From: Octopus vulgaris
Lineage: Eukaryota
Length of the DNA stretch: 64,000 nt
Reading direction: 5' to 3'
Assembly: GCA_951406725.2 (NCBI GenBank)
Contig: OX597832.1
Span: forward strand, 30,256,001-30,320,000
The position numbers and the translations under genes are program-made. Positions within the stretch are counted from its first letter, which is position 1, and the number at the start of each line of letters is the position of its first letter. The notes under the pieces were generated by a model that saw only the letters and a program-made list of their open reading frames with translations, searched no databases and was not told the DNA's origin. Below are positions 37,013 through 49,400 of the stretch, one piece after another.

Positions 37013-39199
37013 CTAGGATAAAAGAGTGGCAATGACAAAAATTCTACCTGGGCTGCTTGGATGGGAAAATGTTGGGTCAAAAAGTGAAAACTCTTTGATT
37101 TTCCATCGTTGTCAGCGAACCTTAAGAAACAGAAATTTGAAGGTAAAATTGCCAGAGAAGTTTAAACATCTTGTTATAATTTAGTAAACTTTCGAAACTT
37201 TAGAAATAACTGAGTAAGCACCTCGTTTTCCATTCTTATTTGAACTCACTTCACCCTATAATGTCCATAGATAAGGCATAAACCTCACAACCTCTCACTC
37301 TCATCACCATTTTTTAGCTGGTTTCGAGATGAGATTGTAACGATTTTACTCCGTTTTTCCCTCCTGGTTTCAGAAAATATAAACCTTACTTCAGAGCTGT
37401 ACTTGTTTGGCAAGTGAGTCCCAATTATTTCCCAGGGTTTTGTATTGCTCTTTAATCCCATATTGTTGACCCAGATCGAGCAGATAAATCTATGCTCAAT
37501 CTCAAGACACAATACCGTCTTGCTCTCAAGAATAGTCTAATTCTCACTCCATTAACCAATGTACCCAATTCTAAGATTGCAAAGTGTAGTTTGAGGGAGA
37601 TTTAGTTATTATTTCTAACAGGTCGAGCAAGATATAGAAACTCCCTTGTCTGTTAGTAAATTGTTTCGTGTGATGAAACAGAGAACTAGATGTCTAGCGG
37701 AGCGGGGTCCGGCTTCAGGTAAACAGCCACCATTTTGCTTCTGGAGAAACCGCCTCAAAGGTGGCCTTTGACTAGCAAGTTGCGTCTCACCTTTCACCAG
37801 GTACGTTTACGACGTTTGTCTCTCCAAGACCCACTATTTCTGCAGTAATCTACCTTCCTGCCCATTTTTCATCATAGAATTACAGCCCTCAGGAATTAAG
37901 TTCTTGTTCCAATAGACATCGACACGTGAGAGTCGGAACTGGACATCACCAGTTTGGATGGCTAAGATCACAAACAAGACCTCACTCTCTCTGATTTAAA
38001 ACGAGAGAGAGAGAGAGAGAGAGAGAGAAACCTATCAGTCAGAACCCAAATATATTTTTGATAATTAATATATTTACACTGCTCATTACTTTTAATCAGG
38101 GAAAGCGTTATTATATATACATTATTAATTTCGTTTTTCACCAATCCACCAAATTTCGATTCATGATTTTCATGAGGGATAAAACTTCTACAAGGAAACT
38201 GAGGGTGAGCCATGGCACCAAGGTGAAAGTAGGTGAAACGTTTCGAGGTCTGTGACTTTAGTAAAAGAAACGCTTTTTTTTAGCAGCACGTCTCTGTCTA
38301 TCTCTCCTTCTCCCTCTCTCTCAGAGCCAACCTTTCCAAAATGTCACACTGTTCCGCAAGACCTACAAATTTATCCAAACCAACGCACTCCACTGTAATA
38401 AACATACACAAATTTATTACAAGATATGTGACCTTTCATGCTTTCTGTGTCGATGTTAAATAAAACAGCCGTTAGTAGGAGGCCCCGCTCCTTCCCTCGC
38501 TCCAAATGTCTCGTGCTGCCTCTGTTAGAAATAATTATTTACAAACTACAAACAATTGTAATTATTATTAATGTTTCTATTTATATTGCCTTTGTGTTTT
38601 CTACTGAGGTCAACCTTATCTTTTATCATTCAGGAATCGTCAAAACACATACCAGAATGATGGGTGGTAAGAAGCTTGCTTACCAACCACATGGTTCTGG
38701 GTTCAGTCCCACTGCATGGCACCTTGGGCAAGTGTCTTCAACTATGGCCTCGGGCTGACCAAAGCTTTGTGAGTGGATTTGGTGGACAGAAACTGAAAGG
38801 AGCCCGTCGTGAGTGAGTGAGTGTGTGTGTGTGTGTGTGTGTATGTATGCATGCATGCATGCATGCATGCATGTATGTATGTATGTATGTATGTATGTAT
38901 GCATGTATTTCTGTGTCTGTGTTTGTCCCACCCCACCATCGCCTGACAACCACTGTTGTTGTGCTTGCGTCCCCGTAACTTAGCGGTTCGGCAAAAGAGA
39001 CCCAGGAACAACTTAATGTATTTGTGTACATTCAATGATGTTGGAGATCATAAAAATGAACGTTATTGAAAAAAAAAAAAGTTAGCTGACATGGAGAACT
39101 GGAAACTATCTGAATATTGGGAAATAGTTACCAACATTATGATGATTCCCGCCGGATATCAAAATGCCCAATTCATGACTGATGCTCAACACTTGTCTA

Positions 39200-39800
39200 C
39201 AGTCCATATGATGCCTCACCTATCATGAAAACCAAGTTCTCCAGAACTGCGATGGTCTATGAATGTGTCTGCAGTGAGGGTAACAACATACAGCACCACA
39301 TCTTTGAACGAGGCTCAATTAAGACAGCTACGTGAACTGCTGGGGATTGTGGTCAATTCCTGGCTGGAGAGGCTTGGTGTTGGAAAGCCATATGTGTGGC
39401 ACCAGGTTTTGGCACCATGCAATAATTCCCCAGGAAAGAGACAGAAGTGGTTGCTGGAGAATTCCTACAGCTTAACCCGTCCCAATTTCTGGCCTTCTAA
39501 TCCCCTCGGCAGTAATCCTACGGATTACTATGTGTGGAGCATGGTTGAGAAAGATACCAACCGCTCTGCCTGCAGCACGAAGGCCGAACTGGTAACCAAG
39601 GTAAAGGAGGTCTTAGAGGATCTTCCCAAGGATACAGCGAGGAATGCATGCGCCAGGTTCCGGAGCCGTCCTGAGGCCGTGGTGGAAGTTGAGGGCGGCT
39701 ACTTTGAGTACACTGTTATTTCCCCCCGCATAATCCAGTTGATATTTTCTAATTCTTAAAATACTTTTATTCTTGGAGGGGAAATTGTTTCCTTTTCCTT
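39200..39800 (+). pseudogene. Degenerate IS630-Tc1-mariner (maT/DD37D-like) transposase C-terminus
   Basis: ORF 39259..39759: YVWHQVLAPC...FWPSNPLGSNPTDYYVW...RSRPEAVVEVEGGYFE resembles QQDSAPCH...WPPNSPDxNPLDYYVW...EAVIxxxGGYxE; a catalytic Asp is lost. Confidence 0.8.
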
Positions 39801-42272
39801 TTATGCAAACTGTGAGATTTAGCCCGAACACACACACACACACATACATACACATACATACATACACACACATACACGTATATATATATACATACATACA
39901 TACATACATACATACATACATACACACACACACATACATACATACATACATACTGACTGACTGACCGGAAATCTTGAAATAAACTGAATAATGACATACA
40001 AACGAAAATACCCTGTTGTTGATGTTGAAATTCCAAGGAAGGAGTCTTGGATCTAGGTTAGAAACCGGTTCTTACTCTATTGGCAAGACGTCTTGAAATA
40101 AATTGAATAATGTCGCATACATACATGTAGGTATGTATGTATGAATGTAGGAAGGAATCGTCTCGGCTGAGTACACCCCATTCTTACAAATATGTCATCT
40201 TGTGTCATGTAAGAATGACATCATTATTAACCGAATGGAAATTAGAATCGTTAATGATTCCACTGCGTCGAACAAAATGCCTTGTATTATTTACTGCACC
40301 CCTCTACGTCCTGCGTTCAAATCTCGCAGAGGTCAACTTTGCTTTGTCTCCCTTTCGAGGTCGATAAAGTACCAGTCAAGTATTGGCATCGACTAACCTG
40401 TGCCCCCAAATTGTCAGGCCTTGAGCATGTAGCAGGAAGAATTATTATTAAGGTGGCGAGTTGACAGAACTGTTAGGGGGGGGGGAGAAAAAAGGGCTTT
40501 GCGGTATTTCTTCTGACTCATTAATGTTCTGAGTTCAAATGGCACCGAGGTCGACTTTGCTTTTCATCCTTTTCGGGGTCCATGAAATAAGTACCAGTTG
40601 AGGATTGGGGGTCGATGTAATCGACTTAGTCCCTTTCCCGGAAATTGCTGGCATTGTGCCAAAATTTGAAATAATCATTATTATTATTATTATTAAGGAG
40701 GCACTTGTACCCGGGAGAGTAACTTTCTAGGTGCAATCCCATGGTCAGTGTCGCGACCGAAGGGGGTCTCAAATTAAGGAGGCAAGCTGGCAGAATCGTT
40801 AGCACGCCGGGCAAAATGCTTAGCAGTATTTCGTCTGTCTTTCCACCCTGAGTTCAAATTCCGCCGAGGTCGACTTTGCCTTTCATCCTTTCGAGGTCGA
40901 TTAAATAAGTACCATTTACACACTGGAATCGATGTAATCGACTTAACCCCACAACACACACACACACAAGCTGCCCTTGAAATCATCCTCATTATTATTA
41001 TTATTATTATTATTAATATTATCATTGTCTATTTATTCCATTATGTCTCTCCTTTGTAAAATTGGCGTCGTGCCATTATTATCATTATTGCATGAAATAA
41101 TCAGTGGAGCAGCAAAAGAAAGGCTTTGCGGTATTTTTGGTATTTCTATTAAATCGTTTTACGTTCTGAGTTTCGATTCTGTTGAAATCAACTTTGCTTT
41201 CCATTTACCAAGGGTCAATAAAATAAAATACCAATTAACAGTTCCTTTTATTCGTTTCAGCAACGTGGCTGTAGTCATGCTGGAGCAATATCAATTAACC
41301 CTGGCAAACACCCTCCCCTATAACACATACGGTCTTTAATAATTCGATCTTATTTACAGATAACATCCTGCTTCCAGATTCCGAGGCCCTGGTGGACATT
41401 GGGCTTCCTCTACGTCGTTAATAATAATACAATCCGTAGAGACCCCACTTTCATCCCCCTCAATACACTACGAAGAAGAATGTTCGTGTTATTATTTTTA
41501 GACATTTTTGGCATCCTACACTTCACTCATATCAAGTTGCACATTGGGTTTCTTTCAATTAGGGATTGCTGCCTTGCGAAACAGAAGCTAATAATGGGTT
41601 TTGTTTTGGTAAATAAACATTACGATTGTTGTTGGTGTTTCCGAACGGAGCGTCCGACGTAAACTGAAAGTTGTGGAGGAATAATTTTCGGAAATCCAGA
41701 GACTGATGTGTTTAAAGGAAGGGATCTAAAGGATCGAATAATTTCGTTATTATTATTTTTTTTAAGGTTATGGTAGCCAACATGTCAGTTTAGAAAACAA
41801 TCAAAACAATAAAAGCATATTTGGGAAAGAAAGCAAATAAATAAAACATACAAACAATGTATGGACAGGCAGAACCCGAAATAAAAACATAAATTCTAGG
41901 TCTGTGTGTCTGTGTGTGTATACAGACGGGTATCCGTGTGTGTAAGTTGGTGTCTGGGTGTCTGATGATGTATAAAGGACGATTAATCTATCAACAAACA
42001 ACTGCCTCGTCATCCAGTGTTGTTTAGAAAGAAAAGTGTTGGCCACCAGAAATACCAAAAAAGATGGTTTGGCAGAAATGGGTTTTGTAATTAATATTAT
42101 ACACAGAAACACAGAGAGAGACATATCTCCCTTTGGGGGGTGGCTGGTAGTCGGTTCTTGTGTTGGGGGGGGGGGGAATTCTTGCTGTTGGCAATGAAAA
42201 AAAGGTCAAATAAATAAAGGGCAATTAAAGGTAAGAATAAGAATAAGAAGTGGGTGTAGAGTGTATTTTTAC

Positions 42273-42510
42273 CAGGTAAGAGCGGAGATCCGTTGTCTCT
42301 TCTGAATCAGTTTCTCGTCCACGTCACTCCGCAACAACATCAGACTCAAACACTTGAAAAGATGTCACCGCCTGGCTTCGGGGGGAAATTATTTACCGTT
42401 TTATATATCGATGAAGAAGAACTTGGACTGGAATCGGTCGACAGTGAAAGGTTCGCCTCGATCACTGATCACTCGAAAAATGACATCTCACTTAAATGAA
42501 TGTCGACAGA
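42273..42510 (-). other. Candidate non-coding first exon of PCYT1 at the shared promoter
   Basis: CpG-rich, repeat-free segment ending in a CTG|GTAAAA donor on the minus strand, ~1 kb from the POLA1 ATG; 5' end uncertain. Confidence 0.35.
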
Positions 42511-42795
42511 GAAACCACACACACGCTCCCTCCCCCTCTTTCTCTCTCTCTCTCTCTCCCTCTCTCTGTTCCTCTTTATCTATTTCTCACTCCTTCTCTC
42601 TTTCTATCTATCTATTTCTCTCTCTCTCTCTCTCTCGTTTGTTTTCACATTGTTTATTCCTCAATATATCTACTTCTCTCTCCACCTACTCCACCCTTCT
42701 TTTTCTTTCACTCTCTTCCCACCCCTAAAACTCACATTGATGTATATATATAGCGGATCTATTTCTAGCATAAGGGTGTCCACATAGTGGTTTCC

Positions 42796-42826
<31 letters not shown>

Positions 42827-43434
42827 GCATAATACATGTGTTTATAATATAGCTATACACATGTTTATATGTTATTCCTCCTTTTCTGTTATTCTAACAC
42901 TTTTTTCTATCTTTTCCTCCAGTCGCAACAAAGTATTTTTTAATTATAAATTGAATTGTTATGTCGTGAAAAAGAACGTGTTGTTGGCTAAAAAAAGGGG
43001 GTTTTGGAAGATTTTATTACACGATAACAAACTACAAATACAGACAAGTCAGGTGAATCGATGTTATTTTACTTGACGACGCAAATATTTTTAGGTCAAA
43101 CAATATTTTGTGCGGATTTACGACTTTTTATAACTTTAATATTTAGAATAATGAAAATGTTTTGAATAAATGCCTCAGTAAATATACTATTATTTTACTT
43201 GAGAAGCATTGACTTTATGTCAAATGAAAGCTATACAAAAATGAGTGGCCATATATACACTAGGGTACACTCTTGTAGAAGACAGGAACAATTAATTGAA
43301 CCAATTCCACTGTTTAGCTTAGAGAGCGCAAACGGGAGTTGACAGAATGGTGGCCTTATTATAACTGGATACAATCTTGTAAAGTACACCGTATATGGGG
43401 AGGTAACTGCTCGCTGACTGCAGTGCCATCTATG

Positions 43435-43446
43435 TTTCGCGCCATA
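43435..43446 (+). promoter_or_regulatory. E2F binding site (TTTCGCGCCATA) in the POLA1 proximal promoter/5'UTR
   Basis: Exact TTTSSCGC match 13 nt upstream of the ATG of a known E2F target gene; CCAAT at 43301-43305. Confidence 0.75.
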
Positions 43447-43458
43447 ATTCAAGTCGCC

Positions 43459-43498
43459 ATGGCGCCAACGAAAGAAGAAAGTCAGAGTCAGGACCAAG
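43459..43498 (+). CDS. POLA1: POLA1 exon 1 ([13 protein letters not shown])
   Basis: GCCATGG Kozak context; MAP start as in human POLA1; AG|GTATCT donor, phase 1. Confidence 0.85.
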
Positions 43499-46400
43499 GT
43501 ATCTCGCTTTAAGACCCTTATTTATATTTCTGGAATAACTGGAAAGTCTCCCTGGACGTTAAGTTACTTGTGCTTTCTGTTGCGGGGGAAAATATTGCTT
43601 TTGGGGGTGGGTGGCAAGGATGGAGTAAGTCCTTTGTATCTTTAATCCAACTGTTTGTATTTGCTATGTTATCATTTGATGAAATACACCAAATCTAATC
43701 GGAAAAATGTACTAATCCCCCCCTCCCTTTTTTTGTTCATTTTACTAAAATTAATTATTGTGATTTAAATAACTAATTAAAGTTTTTATGGATTTGGGGA
43801 AAATTACACTTCGGTCATTTACACTTCGTTGTTTTCATTAAGGAAGTTTTTGTTTCTTCCAAATAACCCCCCACCCCCAATTGTTCTTAATCGCCACATC
43901 ACACAGAAATCGTGTTGTATCCTTAAGGGTATTTTAAGTTTTTAATATTTTCATTGAATGTCAAGAATTGGTTAATCGTTGCTGACGATCCAGCTGGGAG
44001 AAGTTTCTATGCAAGTATACTTACAAGTACATGATGGTGAGATTGCAGACCCAGTCTTTGACAACAGCTGATATAGTTCCCCCTTTAGCATTTATTTCCG
44101 ATTACACTGGATTAGCTGTTTAGTATCATGTATATTTCAACTGCGCAGACCTCTGATCAAAGCCATTCCACTCTTATTTTCATGCATTGTGCCTAGGACT
44201 GCCATCAGTATCGTCTGATGCGTCAAAGAATGGATGGTGGCGGTTTTTGTTGTCACCGAACGTAAATAAGTCTCATAAAATTAAATGCTTTAATTATCAA
44301 GGATCATGTTGATCGGAGTGACACCCGGTTATTATGTTGTCAGCAACATTTTATTCTTGATTCTGGTCTTCTCTGAAGGGACTCGGACACTACTTAAATA
44401 CAAAGGCCCCGATGCATCTACGTAACGACATGTTTTTACAGTGCACACCCATTAGGGTTGGTTTTAGGTTAGAGTTCGTAGGTGTGTCGGGGCTTCTGTA
44501 TTTAAGTAGTCCAGGGACTCGTTTACTATTTCCATTATTTACTGTTAATCATGGGTAACGATGTAGAAACATACTCTTTAAAATGATATTTGTCTCCTGA
44601 ACAAAAAACAATTTAACCCTTTTGTTACCATATTTATGTTGAAGTATACTGCCTTTGTTTTTAATTAACGTTGAAAATAATGAAGCATCATCCTCATCGT
44701 TTAACGTCTGCTTTCCATGCTAGCAATTGTTGGACGATTTTGACTGAGGGCTGGCGAACTTGACGGCCGCACCAGGCTCCAATCTGATCTGGCAGAGTTT
44801 CTACAGCTGGATGCCCTTCCTAACGCCAACCACTCTTACGTGCTACCAACACGGGAGCCAGTCAGGTGGTACTGGCAACGACCTTGCTCGAATCTTTTTA
44901 CACATGCCACCGGCACAGGTGCCAGTGAGGCGACGCTGGTAACGATCACGCTCGAATGAAGCGTTTATTAAAATAGCTTAATTGTTAAGCTGGTGTCTAG
45001 AATGCAAATTGGCGTGAATTTTTGATGGAAGATTTTAATCTCAGAGAACCTGGGACGGTTTATAGACAGGATGGCATCAAAATGGTTAAAGAATCCTCTT
45101 TTGCTACAAAATATTAAGATCCATCAACTGCAATGAACTCAGCTGAACAAAATACGCCATTCTCACAGAACCAAGAATTATTTTTGACTGCTGTTGATTC
45201 GCTTAAATACCTTGTTAAGAATCTGGCTTCTGTTTTCTAAGATGGGGCACTTCCTTTAATTATTGGCATTTTTCTACCAAAATCTTTTGGAAGCTTCTTA
45301 CTGTACATCTCCCTCTCTACATACACTTTGTTCTTTAGAACTTCCAAAATAAACCCCCTTTTTCGCGATCCCTGCTTCTTACCACCCAAATCTTGGTTTC
45401 TCTTCTGCTAGACATTATAATTATATCTTCTGATAACACCAACCCTCTGAAATACCTTTCCAATACTGTCCTCTCCTACACTTTTACGAGTAAGGACAGC
45501 AAATTGTCGAAAATGCAATTATGAGAGTAAATACAAAATAGTTGAGTTCAGTTTTTTTGCTGTCTGCATTTAGAGCTGAGATTTCTCTCTACTCAGTCAT
45601 CATCATCATTATTCTTTCATCCACTTTTCCATGCTGGCACAGGTTGAGTGAGTCATTTATAGTACGTCATCCTCCACTTGATTCAGTCCTTTATTGCCTT
45701 TGAGAGGTCTAACACCCTGAGATCATCATCATCATCGTTTGTCTGTTTTCCATGCTAGCATGGGTTGGATGGTTTGACCGGGGTTTGGGAAGCCAGGATG
45801 CTGCACCAGGCTCCAGTCTGATCTGGCAGTGTTTCTACAGCTGGATGCCCTTCCTAACACCAACCACTCTGTGAGTGTAGTGGGTGCTTTTTACATGCCA
45901 CCGGCACGGAGGCCAGTCGAGGCGGTGCTGGCAACGGCCACGTTCAGATGGATCTTTTTACGTGCCACTGGCACTGGTATCACAACTACAATTTCCATTG
46001 ATTTTTTTTATCGATTTTGATCTCAATTTTATTTTTGGTCTTCTGCAGCTTCCTACCATACTTTGGCACTTTTCCACATCATGTTCTTCATGCACATCCC
46101 CTGTCTATCCCATCAAAGTTTTTTCTCTTGCATAAGACAGCAGACAACTCTGATGTCCAGTCTTTCTGTTGACACAGTTGGTCCACACACACTAACCTCA
46201 CGCTTCCATGGTTACCGATTTGTTTCCATAGTAAACTGTTTTAATTGATCGAAGCCTTTAACTTCATAAAATTTAACTTGCTATGTCATGAAAACAAATT
46301 ATTGAATACTTAAAGTTATGTATTAAATTTCCTTTTTATTCTGTTTCCTGAAAGTTTAACATAAATGTTTCATTTGGATTAATTGTAGTGACCCCGTCTG

Positions 46401-49400
46401 GAAGAGCAAAACGAGAAAAATCAGACAAGTTTGGTCGACTGGCTGCCTTTGCCAAACTGAAAAAGAGTAAAGAGGCTGGGGAAAAAAACAAATATCAGGT
46501 AATGAAAGTAGTTAATTGTATTTAATTAGTATTGTCAAATACATTTTGTAGTATTTAATTGGCAGATTATATTAAATTGGTTTTAAAATATGTTTTTCTG
46601 TCTCTGGTTAAACTAAGGGCAAACTGTCCTTTAGAAGCTTCAGGACTGAATTCTTTTGGCAGATAATATATTTGAACTTTTATAAAATGTAAATAGTTTA
46701 TGAGATAGGAAGATTAGTATTTTGGTGCCAGAACAACAAACCATTAAGTACATCCTTCGATCATCTAAAGACAAATAAACATATTTTCTGCATTTATAAA
46801 ATGTAGCAGCAACAATGTCCTGTAAATGAAGACTTTTTCTTTCTCTCTTTTTTTTCCTTTTGTTCAGAAGTAGACATTTGAAAGTAAAAGATGTCCATTA
46901 TCTCAACCACTTTCCATTTTACTCCCGTTATAAGTTCTTTAATTCATGCTAAAAACTATGCAAATATTTCTTGCTGATTTCCTTACTCTCTTTACTTGTT
47001 TCAGTCATTTTGACTGCGCCCATGCTGGAGCACCGCCTTTAATCAAGCAACTCGACCCCAGGACTTATTCTTTTGTAAGCCCAGTACTTATTCTATCGGT
47101 CTCTTTTGCCGAACCGCTAAGTAACGGGGACATAAACACACCAGCATTGGTTGTCAAGCAATGCTAGGGGGACAAATACATATATATGTTGGGCTTCTTT
47201 CAGTTTCCGTCTACCAAATCCACTCACAATGCTTTGGTCAGCCCGAGGCTATTGTAGAAGACACTTGCCCAAGGTGCCACACAGTGGGACTGAACCTGGA
47301 ACCATGTGGTTGGTAAACAAGCTACTTACCACACAGCCACTCCTGCGCCTGGTAACAAAACTCTATGCTTTGTCTATAAATGCCTGATTCCGTTGCCTTT
47401 TATGTTATCTTCTTCAATGCAATTTCTTTTCTTCCTTCAGCTCTCTGAAGACAGAGCCATCTACGATGTTGTTGATGAAGATGACTACTCTGAAATAGTT
47501 CGGCAACGACAGGAAGAAGACTGGATTATTGACGACAGTACGTCACTTTGATCATTTGAAACTGTTTTTCTCTTCCATTATTCTCACTCCTCCATTTAAA
47601 GGAATTTTGATTCATTTTAATTCTTTCTAAATTTGTTTCAGATGGAATTGGTTACGTTGAAGATGGTCGCGAAATATTTGACGAGGATCTTAATGATAAT
47701 GAATTCCTTCGAGATTCCAAAAGTACGTTTCCTTTTATTTATTTATTTATTTTCTTTCTTCCAATCAAATCTATTGACACAGACACAGTCATTAGTTAAC
47801 GAAGTAAATGTTATTGACTCTGAATATAAACTGTTATGAGGGAGAAAGAGAGAGAGAGAGAGAGAGTGTGTGTGTATGTGTGTGATTTCCTCTCTAAAAT
47901 GGCTGTGTGGTTAAGAAGTTTGCTTTCCAACTGTGGTGTTTCGGCTTCAGCCCCATTGTGTGGCTCTTTAAGCAAGCGTAGTGAGTAGATTGAACAGATG
48001 GAAACTCCATAGTAGCCTGTTAATTCAAAACTCATGAAAACAAGACATTTGTACTCAGAGCCAGACATGGTTTCAGCCAGGTTGGTAACGAAAAGGTTGA
48101 TGGAGGCTACCCTATTGATGCGCTGTCACCGCTTACATTCACACGCTATCACACTTACCTTTACACACTATGACATATATCTTTACACACAAACATGCAT
48201 ACACTCATCTATACACATGTATACCACTGATTCACACACACTTTCACAATCGTGCAATGTTTATTCCGAACCGTTTCCGTTCTGGTTTCTCTTCAATAAA
48301 AGGCAAAGGAAATTCCAAGAAAAAGAAGAATCCCAACATCCATCACCCGGACAGGAAACCGAAACAGAACATTCGCAACATGTTTATATCAGCTGGGACT
48401 ACCAAGAAAAAGGAGGTAAAGAAAAGTTTTTTGATCTCGTTTTGAATAGGATGGAGTTGGTGGTAAATGGTTTTCTTGTTTAACCCTAGGTCTGCCTTCA
48501 TCCAGCCAAATTGCAGTCAGTGGCACTGATCAGCTGTGAATGCATGTGATTCATTTAGTAACTTTCGTAACGTGCTCCATCAACTGGATACTTCTGTAAT
48601 GTCCTCTGTCCAGTGCATCTTCTTTGCCTGATACCACTTCACGAATCATTCAGTGTGACACTCTCCTTTACTGCTTGGTTGACTTTCGTGGGTGATTAAG
48701 GTACTACTTGAGAACACTGGTCCCGGTGCACACACTCGTGTAGTCGCGCATCCGCGCTAGCTAGTCGTGACTAGTCGATCCTACAACGATTACCTAGCAA
48801 AGTAAATAAAACACAAAATAAATAATTTTTTGACACAAAGAAAATAATTTTTGTTAAACAAAATAAATAAAACACAAAAACACAAAGTAAATACTTTTTT
48901 AAACAAAATAAATAACATGCAAAAACACAAAGTAAGGATCGACTAGTCACGATTAGCTAGTGCGGATGTGCGCACCGGGACCACTGTTCTCAAGTAATAC
49001 TGGTGATTAATGAGAGCCCTCCTCCATCAGATATTGTAATCATCTCGGCAAATGATCACTAATGAACCAGCAACCTTTACTGCCTTCCTATATTTAACCC
49101 TTTCGTTAGCGTATTTATTATGAGATGCTCTGTGTTTCTTTCAATTAATTTTAAATATAACAAAGAATTTAGTGAAATAACTTTGTAATCATTCAGCTAG
49201 TGTTAAGCACACAAATTGTGACTAAGGTTTGGTGGAAGATTTTAATTCAAAACTTATGAAAACAAGGCATTTGTATTCAGAGCCAGAGCCGGTTTCAGCC
49301 GGGTTGGTAAGGAAAGGGTTAATCATTCTATGAACAAAATTACTGTCATCTTGTGTAACTGGTCCCTCTGTTGGGTCTACAAGGGGTAGGTCTTCTCAAT

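Noticed and set aside
42293-42499. 68-aa plus-strand ORF near the promoter
   Set aside because: TTG start and no recognised homology; better explained as the antisense of a CpG-rich first exon
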